Notes: a model not told the origin generated them from the sequence alone. Shown: positions 1 through 14,345, counted from the first letter of the stretch. The stretch is DNA of 64,000 nt from Octopus bimaculoides (GCF_001194135.2 NC_068983.1:80228264-80292263); one strand, 5' to 3'. Translations and numbers: made by a program.

Positions 1-400
1 CTACAACTGACCAACTACTTTCTCCCTTTCTCCCTTCCCCATTTTCACACTACATACGTCAAAACCACCAGCATTCTACCTCCCACACACAGCCCCTCGT
101 TCCCGATCACCGTTTGTTATCTCCCCCTTTCTTAGCTCTCCTGAAATAAGAAATTCTAACTTCCGGTCAGCCATTGTTATGATCGGCCATTATTATGATT
201 GACCGTTGACTGAACACTATTCAATTTTTTTTCTCCATGTTTTTCTCCTTGTCTCCGTATTCTTTCTGTTGAAGAGCGTAGCTCGAAACGTCAAAGACTT
301 TCCGTATTCCCGAGCGTCATACTAATATATACTTTTGTTATTTACACCACCTGTCCTCGTCTATTGTTATTATTTGTATATTCTATTGTTATTATTTATA
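1..400 (+). mobile_element. Penelope-like element (PLE) 3' end / pLTR-type fragment
   Basis: C/T-rich tract followed by the CTGTTGAAGAGC..GCTCGAAACGTC signature typical of PLE termini. Confidence 0.6.
261..297 (+). ncRNA. Minimal type I hammerhead ribozyme motif (PLE type), core variant CUGUUGA
   Basis: Stem I TCTTT(261-265)/AAAGA(293-297); core CTGTTGA+A; stem II GAGC-GTA-GCTC; GAAA; palindromic ACGT; GTC cleavage triplet ending at 292. Confidence 0.65.
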
Positions 401-2936
401 TATAAAACTCCAGCCAACAGATATATGTATAAACAGATATTGTCTATATCCAAAATCTTCATGGACAGAAAACATGAGATCAGGCAAACAGGTTTTATCC
501 CTGTATTTGAATATCTCTAAGTGGCTGAACACTTCCTTTAACTATTTACAAAGACACTGCTTGTAAATCAGTAGAATTTGTAACTAATTCAATTAATATA
601 TTATTTGTGCATTAACAGTGTTTTGCTTCAATGCCCTTCTGTACTAAAAAGTACATCTATACATTTTAAGCAGTGCTAAATGTAATAGATGTAAACACCT
701 GTTTCTATATACAATATTATAGAGAGCAAAAAAAGAAGGATTGACTGTACAAGTTTCAATCCTATATTGTAATTTCATCACTGATTGAATACTGGCTTTG
801 ACTGTCCCTATTTACTTTAGCTTTTAATAATCATGGTTTATACATACTGCTTCTCTGGGCAGTTAAAAAAAGGTTACTCACTTACTGGTGAAAGCCCAAC
901 ATGATTGAAATCACTCCAGCGTATCTCTCTTTTCCTGCCCACAAACATATTATTCTGAGAGACTTTAAGATTGTTTTTATGGTAAATCCCATACAAACAT
1001 CTATCTATTATGTACAGTATTTGCTGTCATCTGTACATCTATAGTTATATTCTGTAAAACAAAATGGCATATATATATATATATATATAAAACATTAACC
1101 TGTACCCATATACAGTTAGCAGGTAAGTTTAACTGCATAAATTCTCCAAGGTATGGGTTCATAATTCTTGCAGCCACGTAAATATACATTAGTATACATT
1201 AGACATTTTACCCCTTAATATAAGGGGTGTATTGTATGATAAATGATACACAAATTTTCTGTGAAATACTTATATCAGAATATTTTACACACATAAACAC
1301 ACACATTCATAATGTAGAGTTCTTGAACCCTCCAAAACAAAATAGGAAGGCTTCATCAAAGTAAATCAGTAAAAAATATTGAAATAATGAGAATTCTTTT
1401 ATAAATAAATATTTCCTTTCGAAAAAGTTTTTATTGTTGAGAGACCATGCCAAGCCTGATGTGCAAATGCTTAATAAGGAAATAACCAACTAAACATAGT
1501 CACCCTGTTAGTCATTATGTTGAATTCAGGTATTCATAGTATCTATGGATGTATTGTGGTTAGTATATTCAGAAATATTTAGTAGAAAAAAGTGTGAACA
1601 GGGTCAGAGTTTAAATAGAGTGAACAGAGATAGGGTTTATTTGATTCAGTAGAGAGAGGGGGAATAGAGAGAGATGAGTCTTCTTCCACATTCTCCGGAT
1701 ACTGTAATGCTTTTCTCTGATAATCTCTCTTGGCAATCACACATTTATAGTGTTGCTGAGACTGTGTCTTTAAAAGCTGAGTTTCTCCTTAATGACTAGA
1801 AAATACTTAAGTCATTGCTTGTGTAGCATTAGCCACAAGTGTATTCCTACATTGGAGTCTTGTTTTTATAAATGGGATGGTACATTTGGAAACATTTTAG
1901 AGTACTTTCCAAAACAAGCAAGTCAACTAACTAGTAGGTAGTATTTTTCACTAACCAGTATACTACAACACTTTGCTTTCTGATATGCAGTGGCCTCTGC
2001 TTATCTTCTATCAATACTACAATGGCTTGTACACATCTGAGTACAATATGTGTTAAACCTGTTTGATGCATCTGTTTTTTTTTTCTCTTCTCTTCTGTCC
2101 CACTGTGTCTCTCCACCCATATTCTGCAATAGTGAGTTGGCACAATCCTTCCTTTACAAAGATCTCTTTCTGTCCATGTATTCTCCATTCACAAATTCAT
2201 TATCAAAAGCTACCCCATCTACTTTACCATTCTTAGAAGGCCTACAAAATCTGTAGTATTTTGCTAAGTCTACTACCCTCTCTTTCTGATTAAATAATTA
2301 AAGAACGAACAAACACTTTTGCTACAGTAGCACATTGCAGGATGATGTTGCTGTGTATAAGTATTTATGGATGGTTGAATACATTCATGCATGTGTTGTG
2401 TAAGTCAAAGAAGTAATCATTTGACCTCTGAATGTATAAATGGTCTTCTGCCTTGACTATATTTTTAGAGTTTTTTTTTTCTTTTTTTTTTGCTTCTCAT
2501 ATGAACTACAAATGTCATGAATGTGTTTTATGCTGTGTTTCTTAGTGTGCTCAGTACTTTGAGATGTTTTTGTCATTTAGCTTTTGGACAACCTATGGTT
2601 AAAAACATTCTAGCTGAGACTAGCCTCATGTTTGGAAATATATAAGACTCTATTGTCCTTTCATTTTAAGATAGTGGCATGTGACTTTCAAAACTATTCA
2701 ACTGCTATTTTTAGTGGGTTGACTCAAAATTTAGTGTCTAAAAGATATATGTATATATGAAGTATAAATAAATAGATAAATAACAATGATATATAAGAGA
2801 TAAGAATATTTTTGGAAATTTCTAAATACCATTTCCTGCTATCTGTTTACTCTTTTATGAATGGAAGGCTCCAACAACTTTTGTGAAAATGGGTCACTGT
2901 CTACAAAATGGAATTGCAAGAATAACATAAATATAG

Positions 2937-2937
<1 letters not shown>

Positions 2938-2977
<40 letters not shown>
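2938..2977. repeat. (GT)n microsatellite
   Basis: Read directly from the sequence. Confidence 0.97.
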
Positions 2978-2978
<1 letters not shown>

Positions 2979-3799
2979 AGAGAGAGAGAGAGACATATAT
3001 TTATACACATACACATATATTTATTCAGTCTTCATGAGAATCGTTGGCCTTGAATTTCTTAGATGACATCTGACTCCAAATCTCTGACCTACATCAGTCT
3101 TATATTAAATCAACCACCAATTAACAGAATACTTAATATCTCTTCTTCCCATGTCTAAATCAAATGAGAAGTCTTTTCTTCAAATGCAAGTTCTATTTAG
3201 TATTGAGACACTCAGTTTGTGCATTGGCTGTGAAGCATTTTATATTTGGCTATGATATATTTTTCATTGGCACCACAGTGATAGTAATAAATGAACTCTG
3301 ACGCGAAATTTCAAAGATCTGAAACTACAGTAAGTTTGATATCTATACTGTACTGTTGAGGAATTGATGTATATCTGCCAAGTTTCTTTCCACAACACGA
3401 CTGTTTCAAGCATATAAATTATGTTTTAGTAAACAAAGGTTCTTGAAATTTTTATGCTGTGTTGGTATAAAATTAATTTCTTAACAGCAAGTGGATGGCA
3501 GAATCAATACGTTGTCGCTCAAATTCAGCTCACATCCACTTTGACTTCTGCTTTACCAAGAAATGTTAAAATAAATATTGTGATTGATGTAATTGACTAT
3601 ACCTTAGAAGGTGGTACCCTACCATGGCCACAGTTCAATGACTGATACTAGCAAAAAAAAAAAAGACAAAAAATGTTATCTCTCTAACACTGAAATGAAA
3701 TGAAATGTTTTCTTTATATTTATGAGATATTTTCTTGGCACTATGTAGAGTTAAGTGAGACTTTGTCATGGATTATAAAATGTCTGAAACTACTATAGA

Positions 3800-6250
3800 T
3801 TTAATACATGCTCCATACTGTTGAAGAGAACTTGGGGTATATCCACTGAGTTTGATATCACAGCAAGAAGGTATACTATGAACATATTGGTATATTTCAA
3901 TATAGCAATGTCTTTTGTTTTGTATTTTTATTCACATTACATTATAACTTTCATATTATAAGTTAGTATAGCTCCCATATCTTTGGGATTTTGTTTATCT
4001 CATTTGGCTCTGACTCTCTTTCTGTAATGTCTTCATTTCAATGCTATTCAGTTTTCCATATCTACACATGCATCACAATGTCTAACTACTGTTCAGAAAG
4101 AATATCTCATCATTAGATATCACAATTCTCTGAACATTTTGCCACTTTACTCTGTATCAGCACTGCTCTACACTAAAAATTTAAGGACTAGGCGTTATCT
4201 ACCACTTCCAGAGTTTTTAAACTTGAACTGTCATTCCATTCAAATGCATCCATTGCTAGCACATTTAAACTTAATCCTTTCACATAACTTACTACTATTA
4301 AATCTTTACCAATGACTGACACCTTAGGCTTGGCCATGTTTACATGTCTCCTATTTATTACCACATTGTCTTCGCAATATTTATTCAATAATTTTTCTAT
4401 TCAAAATAATATCATTTTGTATAGTATTTAGGCTCTTTAATATCTTTCTTCCGTTAAGAATGCTTTCTATTTCCTTACAGGAACTACACTTATTATATGA
4501 TCTATAGAAAAGGAAATGGCATTAGTTACTTCAATCAGATTGTTTCTGGTTTCATAGGCAATTTATTATTCTTAACTATATTAATATATGTATTATTGAT
4601 TTATTTCTATAGTCAGTTTGCTGAAATCAGCAGTAATTAGCACTCAACTCCAAAGGATTCCCACTTATTAAATTTACGGAATACGCTTTTGAAATGTTGC
4701 CACAGCTTTTAGTTGCTTTCTCCTAAAAGCAATTCGTCTCAGCATTTACACTAAAAAATATTTCACAGTACCATCATATCACCCAAAAACCAATATTGTA
4801 GCTAGCACTGACAATATTTCTGTGGAGTTGCTTAAGCATAAAGAGGAGTCCATACTCCAGTTGATATGCTCTATAACATATCTGAGTCACTTAAGAAGTT
4901 GTAACTAAGTGAACTAAATATAGTAAAGCTACCCATCACCATCAAACAAACATACAAGGAAAGATGACTTAAATATTTGTCATAAGTGTTAAAGTATCAT
5001 ACTTCTAATTGTGGGCTAAGTTTTCTGTAAACTACTTCCTAAGAAACTTTAGAAAGAAGAAGTTAATAGTATGTTTCACAAAGAGAAATCAACCTTTTAC
5101 TATGTCAGCGCTTACCTTGAATAGATTCTTTTGTAAGATCATTGAATAGACAATTGAACATCAAAAGAAAATTGTTAGTTTATAAATGACTTTGATAGTA
5201 CTTTTCATCATTCTATATGGAAAAGACTGAGCTATTATGAAATTACTTTATGCTACATTTACAAATTTAAACCAATGTATCAAATGTCTTGTTGCTAGGT
5301 TTTAACAACCAACTGAAAGTTTTATCAATTTTATCAAGGTGAACAGACTGTATTTTTCACTTTTCTTCTTTGTTAATGTTTTATTTTATACAAAAGAAGT
5401 CTTTAAATGCTGAAAAGTAGAAAATTTACTAGTGAAACCTTTGACTAAGTGGTTCTTATTTCGCTGAAATGTTGCTTCAATCAGAAAAATCTGTTGTGTA
5501 ATATAACTGTAACAAAGAAGATTTGTCCTTTGATAAGCAGCATTAAAACAAATTTAAGAGAGTAGTTTCTGTGATGATCACAAACCTTTAAAAAAATCTT
5601 TTATTGAGTACAACACTCTCACAAGTTCATCTAATGTGTAGGTCAGTGTAGAAGTTAGAATCTAATTTTTCCTCAAGGAATCATCAACTCATTCATTTTA
5701 TGCAGTTTTGTCAATACACAGCTTGGTTGAGAGAATGCTGGAGTGGAGATAAGTGACTAAATATCGTATAGTTATGGCCTTTTCTTGTATGTTCATGTAT
5801 GTATCATCTACTCTGAGATAATTCTTGCTGTATAGTCAGCAAAGTTTGCTTGTACTAGGTTTCATAACTTAGAAATTTTTGTCTGTTTCTCTTGAGGTCT
5901 TGCCTTCCAGAATTAAAGACCTTTATTCAGAACATAATGCTACATTGATGACAAGATATGTAAAATCAACCTTTCAGCTTGGAGTCAAATGGCCTAAAAA
6001 TGGAACCTTATGCAACTTTCAATTTGTAAGATATTTCCAGAAAGCAATATCTATAAAATGATGTTGCAATTCTATAAAGCTGTAGTTGTTCTTAATAGTA
6101 ATTCATGTTCTTCATCTTGGAATATAAAAAGAAAATATGATGTGTTTCTATTTAGGATATCTTCACAAACTATTTAAAACACCTCCAGTATCTACATTTA
6201 TATAGAAACAGACTGGACAGGGAAGAGAGTACATTATCAGACTTTATACC
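3800..6250 (-). mobile_element. Possible highly decayed Ty3/Gypsy pol relic
   Basis: Minus-strand peptide scraps in Gypsy order: IVCEDIL..EEHE, KLHKVPFLGH, DLIVVSYVKG..AMDAF, RHCDAC, EPNEINKIPKIWE. Many stops and frameshifts. Confidence 0.3.
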
Positions 6251-6796
6251 TTATTAAAATATTATAAAAATGGCAGACCTAAAATACCATAGAGATCAAT
6301 CATAGTAATAAGATATTAAATAGTCACTAAATCCATGAATGAGATGAAAGAATATTAGTCAACAGAGAAAGATGAAATTGGTATCTAATTGCTTCACTCT
6401 GAACTGAATAGAAGATAGTGATGATGATATTATTGACATACTAATCAATCGTAATGCATATATTTTCATAATTTTTCCTGCTTTTTTGGTTTATTTTCTA
6501 CATAATTCTGCCATCTCTAAAACCACAAATATTATTTCTTCATCCTAATCTTGAGAAAAAACAATTATTTTCCATAACTGTTCAGAAATCTTGCTCCTTA
6601 ACCTTATTTTTATATCTAATAGCATAGTTAAAGAATTAATTATTTTCTTTTAACTGTATAGAGTAAATTTAGTTACTTTCATAATTATAAAATATTCTAA
6701 ATAGACTGCCGTGCAAAAAATATATATGCATGTATAGGACAGATTTCATATAATAATTAGGATTATTTCTAATTTTGGCATCAAGTTAACAATATT

Positions 6797-6982
6797 TTAG
6801 GGCTGTGGGCAAGTTGATTACACCAACCCCAGTAACTGACTGCAATTTTGCTGTATAAAGATCAAAAGGATGAAAAGCGAAGTTGACCTCAGTAAGATTT
6901 GAACTCAGAACATTAAGAGCCAGAAGAAATGTGGTTTAGCATTTTGTCTGATGCACTAACAAACCTTGCAACTCACTACCTT
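6797..6982 (-). mobile_element. SINE family A copy (tRNA-like head)
   Basis: Reverse complement matches the family A copies at 34779 and 61179 (gagttcaaat B-box-like motif, gaggtcaacttt, ctttcatcctt, actggggt). Confidence 0.7.
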
Positions 6983-8272
6983 TATAATAATAATATAACT
7001 GTAACAAAAACTAGTAACTGGTTAATCATATTTTTAGTCACCCGAAAATTAAACACTTCAAGATGTATACACACACACATGCATACACACACACACACAC
7101 ACACATAAATTCTTAAGCTTAATGCTGTTTCATTGACTTTGCTCTAATCCTACCCAGTAAAAATAATTAACTCTATGCTCTTCATATATCTATGCAATAC
7201 TGTCAGTCAAATACATTCATTTGTAACATTTTTAAATTAAGCTCTGCTTCTGTGTCTAATGTGTTTTTTATTTCTTTCAATATAGCTTTTCAAATTATTT
7301 TTAATTTAAGTCTTGGGTGAGAGAAAATAGTTACAAATATAACTATAGGAAACTATTTTTATTAGTTTATCCTGTAAGCACTGGCAATTTGATACAAGTA
7401 GAAAGGGTTGTTTTACATATTTTTTAAAGAGAATTTACTCAATACAGCAAATATTTGTTTTATATTTCTGGTTAGCAGTTATCTTAGAAAGACAGCCTTA
7501 TTCAATTATCATGTATATTTGGTTACATAACTATTGTTTTAGGTCTATGCATTTCCTTAAAGGAATCTGGAAGATTCCATTTACACCTATGTATTTTTAG
7601 TTGCATATAGTTCTTCAGTTTGATTTACTAGGTTCTGCATACCATTCTCAGTTAGGATTTTATTTTGTTATTCTTGTCTTGAGGGATTCTCGAATGACTA
7701 AAATCAATAATGATTCAAAACTTAATATTACCTTTTCTTTCAACAGTAGTAAAAAAAGGCATTTTTCAAAAATGATTATCTTTCAAAAAAAAATATCCAG
7801 TTGCATATTATTTATGAAGAAATACTATTTATAAATGTATTGATATAAATATGTTGTTTATAAATCATTCACTGTTAATGATGTCACTTAAAATATGTAA
7901 AAGAATTTAGAACTGAGAAAATTAAACATCTAATACTTAAGAGGCTTTAGTCCAAATTGAAATTGTGTCACAATGAGAATATGTGTCATAACATTGATGA
8001 AATTAATACTTCAATCTACATCAAATATTCGAACATCTTTTATTGGCAGTATTTTAATAATCGCTAAAGTATATTTGCAACAGCTTAGTTGCACAGGTAA
8101 CATTAGTTTGAAGAAACAGTAAGTTGGATTAATGTGAATCAATGTACTTAGGGAAATAACTATCCAAGAATTATTCTTAGCATGGAATCTCTCAAGTAAA
8201 AATAAAGTCATCCAGTTATGTACTACCTGTGAATATATATATACATATATATATTGAAAACAAAATGTACAC

Positions 8273-8690
8273 TCATCATCATCGTCACCACTACCATCAT
8301 TTCAACATCCATAGATCTATGCTAGCATAGGCTAGAAAGGTTTGCAATACATCATATCTCCATACATCTCAATTCTGTGTCACCTCTTATGTAAGGCTCA
8401 CCATTCTCAGTTCTCACGTTACCACTTCTTGTCATGTCTTCATCTATGTCAAACACAGCTTACTCTCTTCGGTCGATTTATGACACTCTTTCATCTGGGA
8501 TATGTTGTCCATTTCTATGACATACTCATAATAATGCAGCTACTTCCCATCATATACTGATTTTCTTCCAAACAACTTTCTCAGTTCTATTGCATTATCT
8601 TCCACATAGATTAATATTTCACATCCTAAAAAATGTACATAACACATTCCTTCCAGCCACTAGGTATCTTCTACATAAATTGCTAATGTA
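8273..8690 (-). mobile_element. RTE-clade LINE 3' relic with (GAT)n tail
   Basis: Minus translation ELRKLFG...LHYYEYVIEMD...MKT*QEVV..ELR..LT..VTQN*DVWRYDV resembles the RTE C-terminus (LRWYGHVMRM...KTWDEVV..DL...DRDLWR). Confidence 0.65.
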
Positions 8691-8944
8691 CCCCGCTATG
8701 TAAATTAGTGATTCTTGCTATGTTTTAAAGTCTGATTTTGGCACACAAGAGAGAAACCTGTTTCTGTTAACAAACATCTCTGATTTATTTCCTCTGGCTA
8801 CTCTATTTTCACAGGAAACACTTCAAGTGTTAATTATGTTAATTTATTTTAATTGCATATCACATGATTTAATTAATAAGCACAAATACGCAACTGGGTG
8901 GTAGAGTCTGTATGTGATCATGTAACCTGCTAGAAAAAGTAACA

Positions 8945-9092
8945 AAATCTTTCTCAAATCATACTCTGCTGTTTTAAAGAAGAAAAAAGAGGAAAGACAA
9001 ATTGCATAACATAGTCTGAGATAAACTGTGCTATGTCTGAAAAGATGTGATGGTCGATGAGGTTGACTGGGGGCTAAAAAACAACAACATGC
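8945..9092 (+). repeat. Unclassified interspersed repeat (family E); related copy at about 38445-38600
   Basis: Shared aatct..ctcaaatca.ac and gctaaa.aac.a segments in both places. Confidence 0.4.
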
Positions 9093-10532
9093 AAGTGCAC
9101 ACATGCACAGTCTTTGCAAGCAATCAATGTTTTGTAGAAATAATTGATCCACACTGAAACATCATAAAACAAATCATTACAAAGCACAACAGATAGTTAG
9201 AGTAAAGTAACTAGGAAATTTGTACATAGACTAATGATATTGATTCAAACAATTCTAAGAATCTACCTTACAGCTATAGCTGAAAGATTGCAGATTATCT
9301 CTCAAGAAACATTTGTAGAACAAATTAATGACTAACTTTACCATAAGTGGAAACCGTATTTTTCTATATTTGTCAGATTTCTATTTGTATATGATATATC
9401 ATGTCATATGTCAGAAAAGTTTTAAGTCTATTATGTTTTGATTACTTATTTCACTTTGGTGCCTCTCTTTCAAGATGATTGCAAATATATCCTACATTAG
9501 CTAAATATAATTAATCTTTCACTGAGAATTTCTGAAAGAATTTCATTATTGACAGTATTTTGTGAGTGAATTAACAAGAAATTCAACAAAAATAAATATA
9601 TTTTCATGTAAAGGCTATTGAAGTACTTTTAGTGTATTGCAAAACCATTATGTAAAAATAAAAGGTTAACTATGGAAATCTATGAGAGTTTTCACAGGTG
9701 GTAGATGTTAAACCAATTATTCTACTTCCTTGAATAAAAGAACAATGTGAAAGAAAAATGGCAATGTTATCATTAATTTAAATCTTGTAAAAATAGAAAG
9801 AGTTAAATGTAATGCTAACTTATTGTTCATTATTATAAATTATTTTATTTACAAAAAGATAATATTGTTTTATGATTAAACTATCCTTTAAATGATAGGT
9901 TTAATAACATATTTATTATTGCCTTGTATTTTTAAGTCTGTCTTGACAATGGTATATGTAAATTAATAGTTTGGCTAGATATGAATATTGGGATACAAAA
10001 GTCTACTACAATAAAATCTTACAAAATCTCATTTGGCTTATATAAAGAAAACTTTCATGGTGGAATTTTGTTATTATTAACCCTAGATCAAACAGAGCTA
10101 TGATTAAAAGTGTACCAATTCTGCAATATATCCTTTCCCTATCGGAGGTAATAAAGTGTGATTTGATGGGGATTTGACTGCTGTTGCAAGTAAATCAATT
10201 GACCATCGAAGCTTTGTCATTAGTTTGAGTAATTGAGGATAAACAAAGTGTGTACGTTTTATGAAATTGAGGATATGTCGGCTTACTAAGCAACCTTGGT
10301 AGAACACCAGAGATGTGAGTAAACCACAATCATGACCATCCACATGGCATATTTCTGATTTTGTTGTGAATGTCATCCATATAATGTTAGTGAAACAGAA
10401 GAAACTAGTAAACCTTTGAAGCTCTAGTTTTGTGCTGGATATTCTTTTTACATAGAAGCTTAAAATTGATATTAAAAAAAAACTAAATTTTACAACCTCT
10501 AATGAAATATATCACCAAACAATAAATAAGAG

Positions 10533-10633
<101 letters not shown>

Positions 10634-12284
10634 TTGTAACCCAGTTTAATCTCAGAAATGTTAAAACCCTTTAAGCCCTGACCATAAGATATTCATGTGA
10701 AGTAATGCTACAATATAATTCTTAGTGCTTTAAGAGTTTATTTTATATGGAAAAGAATAACCACCATTTTTATTGACACTGATATGCCTTTCCCGTTTGC
10801 TCCAATATATTGACATTAACTGACTAATATTTTTGAATATTAGATACAAATTGGATTTTTTTTTCAGAGTATTCATGTAACAATTGAAATTATCTTCCAG
10901 CTAAGCCTATTCATGTCATTGATAGTTTTCTATGTTGTTTACATAATAGCAACACATCAACTAGACGAATAGAATTATAGGCTAAATATGTATTTTCTCC
11001 AATTTTCATCATTTCTAAAACTCTCTTCTAGCTCCCTTCAGAATTAGTTAATCATTACAGCAATCTATTCTCTTTAATGAAAAGAATACTGCATATTTTA
11101 TTCTCATATTTTCTATTTGATTTTGATTTTTACTTGTTTTCAACTAATTTTCCTGTGATCAAGGGTTTGGTTAGCTTTTTTGAATTTTGGCTATTACACA
11201 TGAATTGTTTGGAGTTGTATTTGTTTTATAGCTTAATGCTCTTCCTGAAACTACTATTCAGCTGTAACATGAAGTTTTCAGCTAAACAAGTTGAAGCAAG
11301 CATAGTAATGTGCAGAATACAATGAAAAGACTAACAATGAAAGGACTTTCAGCCTATGCACAAAGTTTTATCTAAAAGTATGAAATATGGAATCTAAGCT
11401 TAGGTATTGGCTTAAATGAATTATTTATTCTATTTTCTAACATAATGTATCCTAATGTTGCGATGAATATAGATGTTGTCGGCAAGCAGCATATAAACAG
11501 AATGTAATGGTTTTAGCAAATATTAAAGAATATGCCATTTGTCAGCACCATTATCACTTGGCAGCACAGATAAGAGCTGATTTAATCTCTGACATACATT
11601 GCAAACCAATCTCATAAAAATGGGGGAAAAAGTTGAATTGTGAACTGACTTGGATGACTCTTAGCAATATTAGTAGTATATTGGCTTCAGAATTGATATC
11701 ATTTGAATGTTGTTTTTTAGGGTTGAAAACAAATTGGAAATGAAATACAAGGTCAGAAATTTGGTTACAGATCAAATGCAACTAAAATTAAAGCTGACAT
11801 ATTTTGCCAACTTTCAATGCAAATTTTGTGATTTAATCCCAATATATGTGGTATCATGATTTCATTAATCTTCATTTTCTATTATATACCATTCTACCCA
11901 ACATTCTCCTTCCCTATATCAACATATAAGTTTTACTGTTATTAGACAAAATATTTTTGCTTTAAAGTTTTATGATGGAATCTTAGTATTGATTACTGAA
12001 AGATTGGAAACATCAAACAAATAAATGGATATTTTCAGAACTGTTTTAAATATAATGTTCAAAAGAGGAGTGACAAAGTTATAGTTTTAGTGGTAAATAT
12101 TTGGTAGATATTTTTAACTATCAAAAATGGTGTAATTAAATTTCCCTTACCAATATTTACCTTTTATATATTTCATCTCTGTGGATACTATATTATTAGT
12201 AACATTAATCACTTCATCTTATTAATTAATTATCTTATCTGGCCTTCTAATCGCATATAAAAGTTTTAGATTATTCTCATTTAT

Positions 12285-13850
12285 TTAAATTGGTTGATGT
12301 AGAAGTGAATCTGATATAATACTTGTGTGTTGCCCAATTTGACATTTAGAGTATTGCAAGCTACCTGTGTTATTTTCCTTCAGTTCTGTTTTCTTATTAT
12401 CTGTGCCATGCCCTTCCCTTAACATTTCTAGCACTATTTGAGTGTAATTTTTTAAATCAAAATCAAAAGCATTCATTGAAACATCTGCAAGTATTTATAG
12501 CTGGATAAATTTAGCTTAATATTTTACAATGTCTACTTAATGACCAGAGAACCACAAAGTTCCTCTAAAAAGTTATCAACTACTGATAAATCCTTTATTT
12601 ATCTATACCTCATTTCTAAAAAGTAACTAGAAATGTTTATATCATTCTTAATATGTATACGTTATACCATAGTTTTCAGAGACAAAACAACATTCTCCAT
12701 ATATTAGTAGTGAGTATCAACTATTCCTTTTTGAGAACATTAGTTTTAATCATAGATGAATACAGAATTGATGAAGTTGTAAATACTAACAAATTTATTG
12801 TTGAGCTATTTAACAGCTCTGACTAGCTGTACATTCCAGTAAAAAATGTTTCTTGATATAATAATAATTAATATTTTGTATAATAATTTATCAATAATAA
12901 ATAATAATTGTTGCACAACTATGACTGTTTATTGGGAAAACATGAAAATCATTAGGATTTTCAATAAAGTAATTCAGTAAAACATTATTTGTAATTAAAA
13001 GAGAATATTGATTCATGTTCACAAGGAAAGTTTCATTAAATCTCAGTAAAAATATTTTCCCCCCATTATACTAGTTTTAAGTCCAATATTATTCTTACCG
13101 ATCTAACATAAACATCAGATAGCTTAGATTCCAACCAATCATGTAAGATTATTGAATTTGCTCTTTGATGACAACCAGAATTGTCAATTTCTAGTGTTCT
13201 AGTTTTTAAGTCAGTTTTTGTGCTCATGACAAATTATACAAATGTACTTCTCTATTGCCATATAGTAAGAATATAATGCTCTGGAGAGGGTAGCAGGCTT
13301 CACCAATTTTCCTAAGATTGTTCAGTTTACATGTTCAGTGTTCCAGTTGTTTTTGTTGTTTAATCGAGGTAATCTAGATTGAACAAACGTATGATAAAAA
13401 GTGTTATAATTTTGACATTCACATCTTCTCATAATGGGAACTACCATTTTCCACTGTACCCCTTATTTCAGATGGTAGGGTGCATTTAGAGGAAGATTTG
13501 GTAACTATTTTTAACAGGTTGTACAGAGATACAATAATTATCAACAGATATAATTAATCTAAATTCTTCTTCATCCATTTTTGAAGATGACCAACACTCC
13601 ACCTCTTAGATAACAACAGCTCTTCTTAGAGAGTTTCAGATAACTGAATAATTGTGACTGTTCTTACCTTGTACCCTCACAAATGAAAAAACTTCAGATG
13701 TTGTTGCAGACATATTCAATACACCAAACATATCAATGAAAGCCCTACTGTCTGTTTGTGGTTCCAAGAAGTTTGAGTCTTGGTATTCACTGGACAACCA
13801 ATGTCACTCTCTTATACTTAACTTCTTAGACTAGTGTAAAAACAAGTTAA
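12285..13850 (-). mobile_element. Possible highly decayed Ty3/Gypsy pol relic (RT to integrase Zn finger)
   Basis: Minus-strand scraps in order: MFGVLNMSATTSEVF, EVE.VGHL, KLTILVV..YMIG, IKDLSVVDNFL, QIVLEMLREGH, CQIGQ. Confidence 0.35.
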
Positions 13851-14290
13851 GGCAACGGACTAATACTGGAGATGTAGTGGGATGGCTAAGGTAATATGTG
13901 TGCCTCACCAAGCTCTGAATGTCTATATGTTCTTTCAGCCCACTAAAATTCAACCTCTAATGATAGAGCTTCTTCTGCATAGTCTATAAGAAATCCAGTA
14001 TTCACATGCACGACAAACCCTTAAAGAATATCAGATGGTGATTCACTGTCACATGTTAACAGTTTGTGGATCCACAAATGACAGCCAGTAACAGATGAGC
14101 TGTCCTAAAAAGAATTGATCAAAGATTTGCTCTACTATCAAAGATTTGTTCTACTTTGACATCCCATAATTCTATATTCAAATAAGAATATTGGAATGTT
14201 GTTCCCTCTCTCTCTTTCTCCCTCTCTCTCTTTCTCCCCCCCTCTCTCTCTCTCNNNNNNNNNNNNNNNNNNNNNNNNNNNNNNNNNNNN

Positions 14291-14345
<55 letters not shown>

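Noticed and set aside
13669-13800. Possible minus-strand exon ending at a CAAG/gtaaga donor
   Set aside because: I found no partner exons, and the peptide is better explained as a Gypsy RT scrap, although neither reading is secure.
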